Source: an uncultured Candidatus Rokubacteria bacterium | GTDB lineage: Bacteria > Methylomirabilota > Methylomirabilia > Rokubacteriales > CSP1-6 | Reading direction: 5' to 3' | Length of the DNA: 64,000 bases | Assembly: GCA_963754315.1 (NCBI GenBank) | Contig: CAVWFS010000018.1 | Coordinates: forward strand, 384,001-448,000 | Shown: positions 26,640 to 37,249 of the stretch, in pieces | Layout of the letters: each line of letters begins with the position of its first letter | Numbering within the stretch: the first letter of the stretch is position 1 | Program-made: the position numbers and the translations under genes | Notes under the pieces: model-generated | Told to the model about the DNA's origin: nothing | Database searches by the model: none | Seen by the model: the letters and a program-made list of their open reading frames with translations, nothing else

Positions 26640-28441
26640 TGGCACAGCTCGACTACGAGACCCACGAGCACGACGTCATCGTCATCGGGGCGGGGGGGGC
26701 CGGTCTGCGCGCGGCCATCGAGGCGGCCGCCCAGGGAGTCTCGGTGGGCCTGGTCTGCAAGTCGCTCCTCGGCAAGGCTCACACGGTCATGGCCGAGGGG
26801 GGTATCGCGGCGGCTCTCGGCAACGTGTGGCCCGAGGACAACTGGCAGGTGCACTTCCGCGACACCATGCGCGGCGGCAAGATGCTGAACAACTGGCGGA
26901 TGGCCCAGCTCCACGCTCAGGAGGCACCCGAACGCGTGCTGGAGCTGGAGCGCTGGGGGGCGCTTTTCGACCGGACCAAGGACGGCCGGATCCTGCAACG
27001 CGATTTCGGCGGTCACCGCTATGCTCGCCTCGCTCACGTCGGCGATCGCACCGGGCTCGAGATGATCCGGACCCTGCAATACCACGGCATCCACCAGGGC
27101 ATCGACGTATACATGGAGTGCACGATCGTGCGCCTGCTGAAGGATGGCGACCGGGTATGCGGAGCCGTCGGCTACTGGCGGGAGAGTGGCCGCTTCGTAG
27201 TCTTCAAGGCGAAGGCGATCGTGCTCGCCACCGGCGGCATAGGGAAGGCGTGGAAGGTCACGTCCAATTCCTGGGAGTACACAGGGGACGGGCATTCGCT
27301 TGCCTTGTGGGCTGGCGCCGACCTGATCGACATGGAGTTCGTCCAGTTCCATCCGACCGGGATGGTGTGGCCGCTCTCGGTGCGGGGCATCCTCGTGACG
27401 GAGGGCGTGCGGGGGGACGGCGGGACGCTCAAGAACAGCCAGGGCGAGCGCTTCATGTTCAACTACATCCCGGAATTCTTCAAGGGCGAGACGGCGGACA
27501 ATGTGGCGGAGGCCGATCGCTGGTACGAGGACAAGACGAACAATCGGCGCACTCCCGACCTCTTGCCCCGCGACGAGGTGGCCCGCGCCATCAACGCCGA
27601 GGTCAAGGCCGGACGGGGCAGCCCCCACGGTGGTGTGTTCCTCGACATCTGCACGCGCCGCCCGTCGGATTACATCAGGAAGCGCCTGCCGTCGATGTAT
27701 CACCAGTTCAAGGAGCTGGCCGGCGTCGACATCACCAAGGAACCGATGGAGGTCGGCCCGACCTGCCACTACGTGATGGGTGGCGTTCGCGTCGATGCCG
27801 ACAGCACCGAGTCCACGGTGCGCGGGCTCTTCGCGGCGGGCGAGGTGGCGGGAGGGATGCACGGCTCCAACCGGTTGGGGGGTAACTCGCTCTCCGACCT
27901 GCTCGTCTTCGGTCGCCGCGCAGGCCTTCACGCCGCCCTCTACGCCAAGGATTTCGGGGGCCAGCTCATCGTTGATAGCGGGCAGGTCGAATCGATCACC
28001 CGGGACGCCCTCGCCCCCTTCGAGCGGGCCGGTGGCGAGAACCCGTATGCCATCCAGTTCGACCTGCAAGAGACGATGCAGAATCTGGTCGGGCTCATCC
28101 GGGTCGAGCGCGAGATGCAGGACGCGCTCGCGCGAATCGAAGCGCTCAAGGTGCGGGCGGGCAAGGTTCGCGTGGAGGGGCACCGCCAGTACAACCCCGG
28201 CTGGCACACGGCTCTCGACCTCGACTCGCTCTTGACGGTGGCCGAGTGTTCCGCACGGGCGGCCCTGGAACGCAAGGAGAGCCGCGGCGGCCACACCCGT
28301 GACGATCATCCCTACACCGACGATCAGTGGGGCAAGGTCAACGTCGTGCTCCGCCTGCGCAACGGCGACGTGCAGCTCACCCGCGAGCCGCTTCCCGAGA
28401 TGCCGCCCGAGCTGAAGCTGCTGTTCCAAGAGAGAAAATGA
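26636..28441 (+). CDS. sdhA: Succinate dehydrogenase/fumarate reductase flavoprotein
   Basis: GAGGAG, GKAHTVMAEGG (covalent-FAD His present), QFHPTG, TEGVRGDGG, HYVMGG, HGSNRLGGNSL, ESRGGH. Confidence 0.95.
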   Translation: MMAQLDYETHEHDVIVIGAGGAGLRAAIEAAAQGVSVGLVCKSLLGKAHTVMAEGGIAAALGNVWPEDNWQVHFRDTMRGGKMLNNWRMAQLHAQEAPERVLELERWGALFDRTKDGRILQRDFGGHRYARLAHVGDRTGLEMIRTLQYHGIHQGIDVYMECTIVRLLKDGDRVCGAVGYWRESGRFVVFKAKAIVLATGGIGKAWKVTSNSWEYTGDGHSLALWAGADLIDMEFVQFHPTGMVWPLSVRGILVTEGVRGDGGTLKNSQGERFMFNYIPEFFKGETADNVAEADRWYEDKTNNRRTPDLLPRDEVARAINAEVKAGRGSPHGGVFLDICTRRPSDYIRKRLPSMYHQFKELAGVDITKEPMEVGPTCHYVMGGVRVDADSTESTVRGLFAAGEVAGGMHGSNRLGGNSLSDLLVFGRRAGLHAALYAKDFGGQLIVDSGQVESITRDALAPFERAGGENPYAIQFDLQETMQNLVGLIRVEREMQDALARIEALKVRAGKVRVEGHRQYNPGWHTALDLDSLLTVAECSARAALERKESRGGHTRDDHPYTDDQWGKVNVVLRLRNGDVQLTREPLPEMPPELKLLFQERK

Positions 28442-29201
28442 TGCCGACCTTCACCATGCGCGTCTTCCGGGGCACGGGCGGCACCGGCGGCTTTCAGGAA
28501 TATCGGGTGGCGGCCGAGGAGGGCATGGTCGTTCTCGACGTGATCCATCGGCTGCAGGCGACCCAGGCCACCGATCTGGCGGTTCGCTGGAACTGCAAGG
28601 CCGGAAAGTGCGGCTCCTGCAGCGCGGAGATCGATGGAAAGCCTCGCCTGATGTGCATGACCCGGATGGACCTCTTCCAGGAGAGCCAGCCCATCACGGT
28701 GGCGCCCATCCGCGGCTTCCCGCTCATCCGCGATCTTGTCACCAACCTCGCCTACAACTACGAGAAGGCCAAGGAGATCCCCCCCTCCGACTCAAGGCCC
28801 CGGAGCCGGACGGGACGTATCGGATGATGCAGGAGGACATCGACCGCATCCAGGAGTTTCACAAGTGCATCGAATGCTTTCTCTGTCAGAACGTCTGTCA
28901 CGTCATCCGTGACCACGAGGAAAACAAGAAGGCATTCGCCGGGCCCCGTTTCTTCATCAAGGTAGCCGGCTTGGCCATGCATCCACTCGATACCCGCGAG
29001 CGAGCGACCTTCACCAAGGAGGTCACCGGTATCGGGCTCTGCAATATCACCAAGTGCTGTTCCGAGGTATGCCCCGAGCATATCCAGATCACCGATAACG
29101 CCATCATCCCGCTCAAGGAACGGGTCGCTGACGAGTTCTTCGATCCGGTTTTGTGGGTGCTGCGCAAGCTCGGCGGCCGGGACAAGCCTGCCCGTTCGTG
29201 A
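28438..29201 (+). pseudogene. sdhB: Succinate dehydrogenase iron-sulfur subunit, frameshifted in a C7 run (possibly a sequencing error)
   Basis: CKAGKCGSC half and CIECFLCQNVC/CNITKCCSEVCP half lie in different frames; adding one C at 28779-28785 restores KEIPPLRLKAPEPDG. Confidence 0.85.
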
Positions 29202-30364
29202 GGATCCACGAGTTTCAAGCTAAGGCCCTCCTGCGCGAGTTTGGGGTGCCCGTGCCGCGCGGCGAGGTGGCCGACACCCCGGCCGCTGCCCGGACCGTGG
29301 CCGAGCGGCTCGGCGGTCGAGTCGTGGTAAAGGCCCAGGTACACGCCGGTGGCCGTGGCAAGGGAGGCGGTATCAAGGTAGCGGAGGATCCGGCGGGGGC
29401 AGAAACGGTCGCCCGGCAGATCCTTGGCATGATGCTGAAGACTCCGCAGACGCCGCCCGGCGGCGTCGAGGTACGCAGAGTGCTCGTCGAGGAAGCGTTC
29501 CCGATCGAGCACGAGCTATACCTCTCCATCACCCTGGACCGCGGACGGGCGACCCACGTGGTGATGGCCTCGCCAGCGGGAGGAATGGACATCGAAGAGG
29601 TGGCCGCCGTCAGCCCCCAGCAGATCCTGCGGGAATGGGCCCATCCCGCCCTCGGGTTTCAGGAGTTCCAGGCGCGGCGGCTGGTCTTCGGCCTCGGGCT
29701 CGACGGCGACCGGTTCAAGCAGAGTGTCGGCCTCATCAGGAATCTCTTCGCCCTGTACCTGGCCCGGGACTGTTCCCTGGTCGAGGTCAATCCGCTCGTC
29801 GTCACCGGGGACGGCCGCGTGCTCGCGCTGGATGCCAAGCTGAGCTTCGATGCCAACGCCCTCTATCGGCAGCCGCAGATTGTCACCCTGCGCGACGTCC
29901 ACGAGGAGGATCCGTTGGACGTGGAGGCTTCGAAGCACGGCCTCAACTACATCAAGCTCGACGGGAATGTGGGCTGCATGGTGAACGGGGCCGGCCTGGC
30001 CATGGCTACCATGGACATCGTCAAGCTGGCCGGGGGTGAGCCCGCCAATTTCCTCGACGTGGGGGGCGGTGCTTCGCCCGAGCAGATCGAAAACGCGTTT
30101 CGCATCCTCTCGTCGGATCCCCGTGTGAAGGCCGTCTTCATCAATGTCTTCGGGGGCATTTTGCGGTGCGACCGGCTGGCCGAAGGTGTCATCGCCGCGG
30201 TGAAGAAGCTGGGGCTTCGGCTGCCGGTGGTTGTTCGGATGGAGGGCACCAACGTCGAGCTCGGCAAGAAGATGCTGACCGAGTCGGGCCTGTCTCTGAC
30301 CAACGCCGACGACATGGCGGACGGTGCTCGCAAGGTGGTGGCTCTGGCCCGAGGCCGCGCATGA
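29198..30364 (+). CDS. sucC: Succinyl-CoA synthetase beta subunit
   Basis: [41 protein letters not shown]. Confidence 0.97.
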   Translation: MRIHEFQAKALLREFGVPVPRGEVADTPAAARTVAERLGGRVVVKAQVHAGGRGKGGGIKVAEDPAGAETVARQILGMMLKTPQTPPGGVEVRRVLVEEAFPIEHELYLSITLDRGRATHVVMASPAGGMDIEEVAAVSPQQILREWAHPALGFQEFQARRLVFGLGLDGDRFKQSVGLIRNLFALYLARDCSLVEVNPLVVTGDGRVLALDAKLSFDANALYRQPQIVTLRDVHEEDPLDVEASKHGLNYIKLDGNVGCMVNGAGLAMATMDIVKLAGGEPANFLDVGGGASPEQIENAFRILSSDPRVKAVFINVFGGILRCDRLAEGVIAAVKKLGLRLPVVVRMEGTNVELGKKMLTESGLSLTNADDMADGARKVVALARGRA

Positions 30365-31230
30365 TCCTGGTCGACCGCTCCACCCGCGTGGTCGTGCAGG
30401 GGATCACCGGCCGCGAAGGAGCTTTTCATGCGGCGCGGTGCAGGGAATACGGCACCACTGTCGTGGGCGGCGTGACACCGGGTAAGGGCGGAAGCACCCA
30501 CGAGGGCTTCGCCGTATGGAACACGGTGGCGGAGGCGGTCGACAAAGAGGGTGCCACCTGCGCGTTGATTTTCGTCCCGCCGGCCGCGGCGGCCGACGCC
30601 ATCATGGAGGCGGCTGCAGCCGGAGTGGCCCTCGTCGTCTGCATCACCGAGGGCATCCCGGTGGTGGACATGGTCCGCGCCAAGCAGTTTCTGTCGGGCA
30701 CGACGAGCCGGCTTATCGGACCCAACTGCCCGGGCCTCATCACCCCGGGGCAGGCCAAGATCGGCATCATGCCCGGACACATTCACAAACCGGGCCCCAT
30801 TGGCGTCGTCTCCCGCAGCGGCACCCTCACCTACGAGGTGGTGGGCCAGCTCACCGGGCGCGGGCTCGGCCAGTCGACGTGCGTCGGCATCGGTGGTGAT
30901 CCGGTGAACGGGACCACCTTCGTCGAGGTCTTGCGCCTGTTCAACGAGGACCCCGAGACGCGTGCCATCATGATGATCGGCGAGATCGGAGGGAGTGCCG
31001 AGGAGGAAGGGGCGGCCTACATCAAGGCCCACGTGCGAAAGCCGGTTGTTGCGTTCATCTGCGGCCAGACGGCGCCGCCCGGGCGGAGGATGGGGCATGC
31101 CGGCGCCATCATTGCCGGTGGCAAAGGCACGGCGGTCGAAAAGATGAAGGCACTCGAAGCGGCAGGGGCGACCCTGGTCAAGAGTCCGGCCGACATGGGA
31201 GCGACAGTGGCAAAGGTCATCGGGATATGA
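30361..31230 (+). CDS. sucD: Succinyl-CoA synthetase alpha subunit
   Basis: [34 protein letters not shown]. Confidence 0.97.
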   Translation: MILVDRSTRVVVQGITGREGAFHAARCREYGTTVVGGVTPGKGGSTHEGFAVWNTVAEAVDKEGATCALIFVPPAAAADAIMEAAAAGVALVVCITEGIPVVDMVRAKQFLSGTTSRLIGPNCPGLITPGQAKIGIMPGHIHKPGPIGVVSRSGTLTYEVVGQLTGRGLGQSTCVGIGGDPVNGTTFVEVLRLFNEDPETRAIMMIGEIGGSAEEEGAAYIKAHVRKPVVAFICGQTAPPGRRMGHAGAIIAGGKGTAVEKMKALEAAGATLVKSPADMGATVAKVIGI

Positions 31231-31664
31231 GCAACACCGTGCCGCAGCGCACCTTGGCCATCATCAAGCCCGACGCGGTGGCCAAGGGCGTCGTGGGCGA
31301 AATCATCACGCGGATCGAACGAGCCGGCTTCAGCATCCGAGCCGCCAGGTTCCTCCGGTTGTCTGCCGCCGAGGCGGGCGGTTTCTACATCGTCCACCAG
31401 GAGCGGCCGTTCTACGGCAGCCTGTGCGCGTTCATGACGCAGGGCCCGGTGCTGGTGATGGTCCTCGAGGCGGAGGACGCCATCACACGCTGGCGGGACC
31501 TCATGGGCGCCACCGACCCCGCCAAGGCAGCGCCCGGCACCATCCGTCGCGACTTTGCGTCCTCCATCGAGGCCAACGCCGCCCACGGCTCGGACTCCCC
31601 GGCCTCGGCCGCCTTCGAGATCGGTTATTTCTTCAGCGGCCTCGAGATTCCGCCGCGGTCGTGA
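31227..31664 (+). CDS. ndk: Nucleoside diphosphate kinase
   Basis: [25 protein letters not shown]. Confidence 0.97.
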   Translation: MSNTVPQRTLAIIKPDAVAKGVVGEIITRIERAGFSIRAARFLRLSAAEAGGFYIVHQERPFYGSLCAFMTQGPVLVMVLEAEDAITRWRDLMGATDPAKAAPGTIRRDFASSIEANAAHGSDSPASAAFEIGYFFSGLEIPPRS

Positions 31665-31752
31665 TCTGGACGTGAGGGTAGGACGACCCTGCCATCCCTG
31701 GCAAGGGGCGCTGCCGTCGTTCATGAACTGCCTGCGGTCGGGGTAGCCCGCG

Positions 31753-33297
31753 ATGGATCTGCCCGACCGATTCAACGCCACGACATTCTTTGTCGATCGC
31801 CATCTCGCCGAGGGCCGAGGCCTTCACACTGCCTTTCGCGTGGCCGGAGGTTCGATCAGCTACGCCTCCCTTGCATCGACGGCCGACCGCCTGGGGAGCG
31901 CGCTCGGTGAACTTGGTGTCGAGATGGAGAATCGGGTGGTGCTTGCCCTCGGCGATTCGTCGGTCTTCGCCGCCAGCTTCTGGGGAGCGGTCAAGCTGGG
32001 GGCCGTGGTCGTGCCTCTCAACACGCTGATGTCCGGACCCGAGTACGCGTTCATTCTCAACGAGAGCCGGGCCCGAGTGGCCATCGTCGACGACGACGTA
32101 CTGGCGCGAATCGTGGCCGTGCGAGGCGGGTGTCCGTTCCTCCGTCACGTCATCGTGAATGGGCGGGCGGCCGATGATGCGCTCGAATGGGAGGATGTGC
32201 TCGCTCACGCCCCTGCCCGTCTCGACCCCGCTCCCACCGCGCCCGAGGACGTGATGTACTGGGGCTACACGTCGGGCTCAACCGGGCGCCCGAAGGCGGC
32301 CGTTCATAGCCATCAGGACTTCGTGGCCGCGGCGGACCTGGTCGGGGTTGCCGTCTTTGGCCTCGGCCCCGACGACCTGGTGTTGTCGGCCTCCAAGATG
32401 TACTTCGCCTTCGGCCTCGGGAACTCCCTGTACTTCCCGGCGAGAGTGGCGGCCGCCTCGGTGCTCGTGCGTGAGCGGCTGCCGGCCGACGCGCTGCTGA
32501 CCACCATCGAATGCGAGCGGCCGACGGTGTTCTGTGCCGTACCCACGCTGTACGCCCGCATGCTGCAGGTTCCGGGGCGCCACGACCTCTCGTCGCTGCG
32601 CTTGTGCGTCTCGTCGGGCGAGGCCCTGCCGGCGGTCCTCGTCGACGCCTGGCAGGAGCGATTCAGTCTTCCCCTGATCGACGTGATGGGTTCCACCGAA
32701 GCGCTTCACGATTTCATCGCCAGCCGTCCGGGCGCCCTCCGACGGGGTGCCATCGGCCAGATCGTGCCCGGCTTCGAGGCTCGTCTGATCGATGACGAGG
32801 GCCGTCCGGTGGAGCCGGGACACATCGGGCACCTGCTCATCAAGGGGCCGACCACATCGGCCTACTACTGGCATCGTCGGGAACGAACGCGGCAAGTCAT
32901 GCTGGGTGAGTGGATTCGCACTGGCGACATGCTGTGGCGGGACGGCGACGGCTACTTCTATTTTGCGGGACGCGCCGACGACATGATCAAAGTTGGCGGG
33001 CAGTGGATTTCACCGAGCGAAGTGGAAGCCCGCCTGGTCGAGAACCCCCTCATCTTGGAGGCGGCCGTGGTCGGTCGCGAGGACGAGGAGGGCCTCATGA
33101 AGCTGGAGGCCTTCGTGGTGCCCAAGACCGGTCAGCCCGTGGATGAGGCGGCGCTCAAGACGTGGGTTAGATCCGGCCTCGCCGGCTACAAGGTTCCCCG
33201 CTGGATCACCCTCGTCACCGATCTTCCGAAGACCGCGACCGGAAAGATTCAGCGATTCCGTCTCCGGCCTCCACCTGGGCATGCGCATTGTTCTTGA
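31753..33297 (+). CDS. Benzoate-CoA ligase family acyl-CoA synthetase
   Basis: YTSGSTGRPK, KMYFAFGLGNSLYFP, GSTEALH, TGD, GRADDMIKVGG, LPKTATGKIQR. Confidence 0.85.
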   Translation: MDLPDRFNATTFFVDRHLAEGRGLHTAFRVAGGSISYASLASTADRLGSALGELGVEMENRVVLALGDSSVFAASFWGAVKLGAVVVPLNTLMSGPEYAFILNESRARVAIVDDDVLARIVAVRGGCPFLRHVIVNGRAADDALEWEDVLAHAPARLDPAPTAPEDVMYWGYTSGSTGRPKAAVHSHQDFVAAADLVGVAVFGLGPDDLVLSASKMYFAFGLGNSLYFPARVAAASVLVRERLPADALLTTIECERPTVFCAVPTLYARMLQVPGRHDLSSLRLCVSSGEALPAVLVDAWQERFSLPLIDVMGSTEALHDFIASRPGALRRGAIGQIVPGFEARLIDDEGRPVEPGHIGHLLIKGPTTSAYYWHRRERTRQVMLGEWIRTGDMLWRDGDGYFYFAGRADDMIKVGGQWISPSEVEARLVENPLILEAAVVGREDEEGLMKLEAFVVPKTGQPVDEAALKTWVRSGLAGYKVPRWITLVTDLPKTATGKIQRFRLRPPPGHAHCS

Positions 33298-33774
33298 CCG
33301 GGTGGCGCAGACCTACGTTGATCGGCGTGGGAACAGCTGCATGCCCTCGATCGCATTACCCTCACCGCCGCCGACGAGGAGTTCGTGGCGCTCCTCGGCC
33401 CCTCCGGCTGTGGCAAGTCCACCCTGCTCAACATCGTGGCCGGGGGGTGCGCGAGGCCGATCCGCTCCTCGTCCGGGCGGCGGTTGCCTTCGGAGCCCGG
33501 CGCGTGGGCGTGATCCGCAAGGTAATCCTCCCGTCGGCTCTCCCCATGATCTTCGCGGGATTGCGTCTCGGCGCCGGCACCGCCCTTGGTGCTGGTGGCG
33601 GCCGAAATGATCGCTGTTGAGTCAGGCATCGGCTTCCTCGTGTTGCACGCAGGCAACATCATGGCCACCACCAAACTCATGGTGGGCATCGTCGTGCTTT
33701 CGCTGCTCGGCCTCCTGTCGAATTGGGGGTTGACACGCCTCGAGCGCGTGGCCATCCCCTGGCGGCGGGGCTGA
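33281..33774 (+). pseudogene. Deletion chimera of a NitT/TauT ABC ATPase 5' end and permease 3' end
   Basis: ...[21 protein letters not shown] joins at a G-run (33442-33447) to [13 protein letters not shown]...LPSALPMIFAGLR...VAAEMIA; additional frameshifts. Confidence 0.8.
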
Positions 33775-33849
33775 GCCACCCCGGAACCTGCTCCTTCCAC
33801 CTCCTGTTACAATGTCAAGCAGTCTGTCGAAAATCAGAGAAGAACAACC

Positions 33850-34413
33850 ATGGCCCGGCTGATCACCCTCGGTACGCTCCTCTGTCTGCTGGTGGCGAAC
33901 GCAGTTTCGGCCCAGGACAAGGTGAAGGTCGGGGTTCTCAAGCTGACGTCCTCGGCGCCGCTGTTCGTCGGCGTGGAGAAGGGATTCTTCAAGGAATTCG
34001 GAGTCGATCCCGAACTGGTCTACTTCCAGGCGGCCGCGCCCATTGCCGCGGCCCTTGCCGCGGGGCAGATCGAGGTGGGCGCGACCGGCCTCACGGCGGC
34101 CCTCTATAACATCGTGCTGGGAGGCGAGCAGATCTGGATCGTCGCCGACAAGGGTCGCGAGTGGCCGGGCTACCCGCTCACCGCACTCGTCGTCCACACG
34201 GACCTCTACGAGCGCGGCACGCGGTCGATCAGCGACCTCAGGGGCAAGCGGATCGGGATCACCCAACTCGGCTCGACCTTCCACTATCAGCTTGGCAATA
34301 TCCTGGACAAGTTTGACCTATTGCTGGCCGACGTGAAGCTCGTGTCCCTGCAGGCCATGGGGGCGGCCATGGAGGCCCTCAAGGGCAAACAGGTCGATGC
34401 GCTCAAGGACTGA
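33850..34413 (+). pseudogene. C-terminally truncated NitT/TauT (NMT1-like) substrate-binding protein
   Basis: Signal peptide, APLFVGVEKGFFKEFG, DLRGKRIG; stops at 187 aa shortly after KQVDA, well short of a full SBP. Confidence 0.65.
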
Positions 34414-34491
34414 CGGTGAACGAGCGGTTGAGAGACCGGTGAGGGTGTCGGGGAAGAACGGCGGGCGCTCGCCGCGCCGACGATTGCCCAC

Positions 34492-35994
34492 ATGATCCAC
34501 AAGGTGCTTGTGGCCAATCGGGGGGAGATTGCCGTGCGTGTGATGCGCGCCTGCCGCGAGCAAGGGCTGGCCACGGTCGCTGTCTTCTCGGAGGTGGACC
34601 GCGAAGCCTTGCATGTGCAGCTGGCAGACGAAGCGTATCCGATCGGCCCCGCTCCGGCCCGGGAGAGCTACCTCGTCATCGACAAACTCGTGGCCGTCGC
34701 TCGGCTGGCAGGCGCGGACGCCGTGCATCCCGGATACGGCTTCCTGGCCGAAAATGCGCACTTTGCCGAGGCCTGCCAGGCGGCAGGGCTTACCTTCATC
34801 GGCCCCCCACCGTCGGCCATTCACGCCATGGGGGACAAGACGAGAGCGCGCCAGCTTGCCCGCCGGCTTGGGGTGCCCATGGTGCCCGGGACATTGCAAC
34901 CCCTCACCTCGGACGAGGAGGCGCGTACGCTCGCGCGTGAGGTTGGCTTTCCTCTCATGGTCAAGGCGGCCTTGGGGGGTGGTGGTAAGGGAATGCGGCT
35001 CGTCCAGCGCGAGACAGATTTGACCGACGCCCTCCGCTTGGCCCGCGCCGAAGCGCAAGGGGCCTTCGGCGACGCGGCCGTATACCTGGAGCGCCTGGTG
35101 GTCGATGCGCGGCATATCGAAGTCCAGATCCTGGCTGACACTCACGGCAGGGTGATCCACCTCGGCGAGCGCGAGTGCTCGATCCAGCGTCGACATCAGA
35201 AGCTGATCGAGGAATGCCCAGCACCCGGGGTAGATGCCGCCATGCGAGAGCGCATGGGGGAGGCAGCGTGCCGACTCGCGCGGGCGGCTGGGTATGTGAA
35301 CGCCGGAACCGTGGAATTCCTGGTCGACGGATCGGGCCACTTCTACTTCCTGGAGATGAACACCCGCCTTCAAGTCGAGCACCCCGTCACCGAAATGGTG
35401 ACCGGCATCGATCTCGTCCACCAGCAGCTTCGGATCGCGGCGGGTGAGCCGCTGGGATACACGCAGCCCGACATTAGCTGGCGTGGTGCGGCCATCGAGT
35501 GCCGCATCAACACCGAGGATCCCTTCGCGGGATGGCTGCCGTCACCCGGCACCATCACTGGGCTGAGGCCGGCAGCTGGCCCCGGAATTCGCGAAGACGC
35601 CGGGGTGTACGAGGGTTTCACGGTGCCGGGTGACTACGACACCCTGATGAGCAAGCTCATCGCGTGGGGCGCTGACCGCCCGGCCGCCATTGCCCGCATG
35701 GGGCGCGCGCTGGCGGAGTACAGAGTGGCGGGTGTCCGCACGACAATCCCGATCCTGCGGCAGATCATTGCCCACGAGGACTTCCGGGCCGGGCGACTCT
35801 CCACGAATGTCCTCGAGCGCCTGCTGCCGGGGTTGCAGGCGGCCGAGGATCGCCACCGCTCGATCGCCGTCCTGGCCGCCGTCCTGTCAGAGTACGAGCG
35901 TCGGGGGCACGCCAGCTTGCCGGCGGTGACCATGGGTGACGGTGCGGTCTCCGCCTGGCGCAGTGGCGTCCGCTCCAGCTGGATCCGCTCGTGA
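34492..35994 (+). CDS. accC: Biotin carboxylase subunit of an acyl-CoA carboxylase
   Basis: ANRGEIA, HPGYGFLAEN, GGGGKGMR, ERECSIQRRHQK, EMNTRLQVEH. Confidence 0.9.
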   Translation: MIHKVLVANRGEIAVRVMRACREQGLATVAVFSEVDREALHVQLADEAYPIGPAPARESYLVIDKLVAVARLAGADAVHPGYGFLAENAHFAEACQAAGLTFIGPPPSAIHAMGDKTRARQLARRLGVPMVPGTLQPLTSDEEARTLAREVGFPLMVKAALGGGGKGMRLVQRETDLTDALRLARAEAQGAFGDAAVYLERLVVDARHIEVQILADTHGRVIHLGERECSIQRRHQKLIEECPAPGVDAAMRERMGEAACRLARAAGYVNAGTVEFLVDGSGHFYFLEMNTRLQVEHPVTEMVTGIDLVHQQLRIAAGEPLGYTQPDISWRGAAIECRINTEDPFAGWLPSPGTITGLRPAAGPGIREDAGVYEGFTVPGDYDTLMSKLIAWGADRPAAIARMGRALAEYRVAGVRTTIPILRQIIAHEDFRAGRLSTNVLERLLPGLQAAEDRHRSIAVLAAVLSEYERRGHASLPAVTMGDGAVSAWRSGVRSSWIRS

Positions 35995-36491
35995 AGTTCG
36001 TGGCGACCATCGGGCCTCGAACCGAGATGGTCGAGGTGACGGCTGAAGCCGGACGCTACCGGGTGACGATCGGGGACGACATCTGGGACGTGGACGCGCG
36101 CCTCACCCGCCAGGGTATCGGCTCGCTGCTCGTGGACGGGCACTCGTATGTGGTCCAGATAGCCAACCACGAGGGTCTCTGCGCGGTGGAGGTCAGGGGC
36201 GAGACCTACACCGTCGCCGTAGAGGAGGCCACGCGTCACGTGATCCGCACGCGAGGCGGTGCGATCAAGAACGGGGACGCCCAGACGGTGAAGGCGCCCA
36301 TGCCGGGCAAGATCACTCACGTCGCCGTCCGGGTAGGGGACCGGGTGGCGCTGGCCGATACCGTCGTGGTCATCGAGGCCATGAAGATGGAGAACGAGCT
36401 GAAAGCAGTGGCCCCGGGCACGGTGCGCGAAATCCGCGTTGGGGCCGGGCAAGCCGTCAATGCCGGCGACGTGCTGGTGGTCATCGAGTAA
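35991..36491 (+). CDS. Biotin carboxyl carrier protein
   Basis: APMPG and EAMKMENE biotinylation motif. Confidence 0.92.
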   Translation: MKFVATIGPRTEMVEVTAEAGRYRVTIGDDIWDVDARLTRQGIGSLLVDGHSYVVQIANHEGLCAVEVRGETYTVAVEEATRHVIRTRGGAIKNGDAQTVKAPMPGKITHVAVRVGDRVALADTVVVIEAMKMENELKAVAPGTVREIRVGAGQAVNAGDVLVVIE

Positions 36492-36493
36492 GT

Positions 36494-37237
36494 ATGGCCT
36501 CTTCTGCCGCTATCACCTTCACCAACGTCAACAAGCACTTCGGGACGTTGCACGTGCTGCGTGACGTCACCCTGTCGATCGCGACCGGCGAAGTGGTGGT
36601 GGTGTGCGGCCCGTCGGGCTCTGGCAAGAGCACCCTCATCCGATGCGTGAACGGGCTCGAGAACATCCAGGAGGGCGAGATCACCGTGCTCGGGCAGTCC
36701 ATCACCCGCGACCGGATCAATCTTCCCAAGCTCCGAACCCACGTCGGCATGGTGTTTCAGTCCTTCAACCTCTTCCCTCACATGACCGCGCTGCAGAACA
36801 TCATGCTGGCGCCCATGAAGGTCCGGGGCGCCTCGCGAGCCGAGGCGGAGCGTAGTGCGCGGGCGCTGCTGGAGCGGGTCGGCATTCCCGAGAAGTTCGC
36901 GAACTATCCCGCAAACCTCTCGGGAGGGCAGCAGCAGCGGGTAGCCATTGCACGGGCCCTGGCCATGCAACCGCAGATCATGCTCTTCGACGAGCCAACC
37001 TCAGCCCTCGATCCCGAGATGATCAACGAGGTTCTTGACGTCATGACCCTCCTTGCTCGGGAAGGGATGACCATGATGGTGGTAACCCACGAAATGGGTT
37101 TCGCGCGGCGGGTCGCCGACCGGGTCATCTTCATGGACGGCGGGGTCGTCGTCGAGCAGGCCGATCCCCAGACGTTCTTTGCCGCCCCGCAATCGGAGCG
37201 TGCGAAGCTGTTCCTGTCAAAAATTCTCACACACTGA
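36494..37237 (+). CDS. Polar amino acid ABC transporter ATP-binding protein
   Basis: [35 protein letters not shown]. Confidence 0.95.
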   Translation: MASSAAITFTNVNKHFGTLHVLRDVTLSIATGEVVVVCGPSGSGKSTLIRCVNGLENIQEGEITVLGQSITRDRINLPKLRTHVGMVFQSFNLFPHMTALQNIMLAPMKVRGASRAEAERSARALLERVGIPEKFANYPANLSGGQQQRVAIARALAMQPQIMLFDEPTSALDPEMINEVLDVMTLLAREGMTMMVVTHEMGFARRVADRVIFMDGGVVVEQADPQTFFAAPQSERAKLFLSKILTH

Positions 37238-37249
37238 CGGAGGTCCTTC

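Noticed and set aside
34411..34413. TGA ending the short SBP as a second Sec codon
   Set aside because: Not at a Cys-equivalent position; homology is lost before the stop and another in-frame TGA follows two codons later
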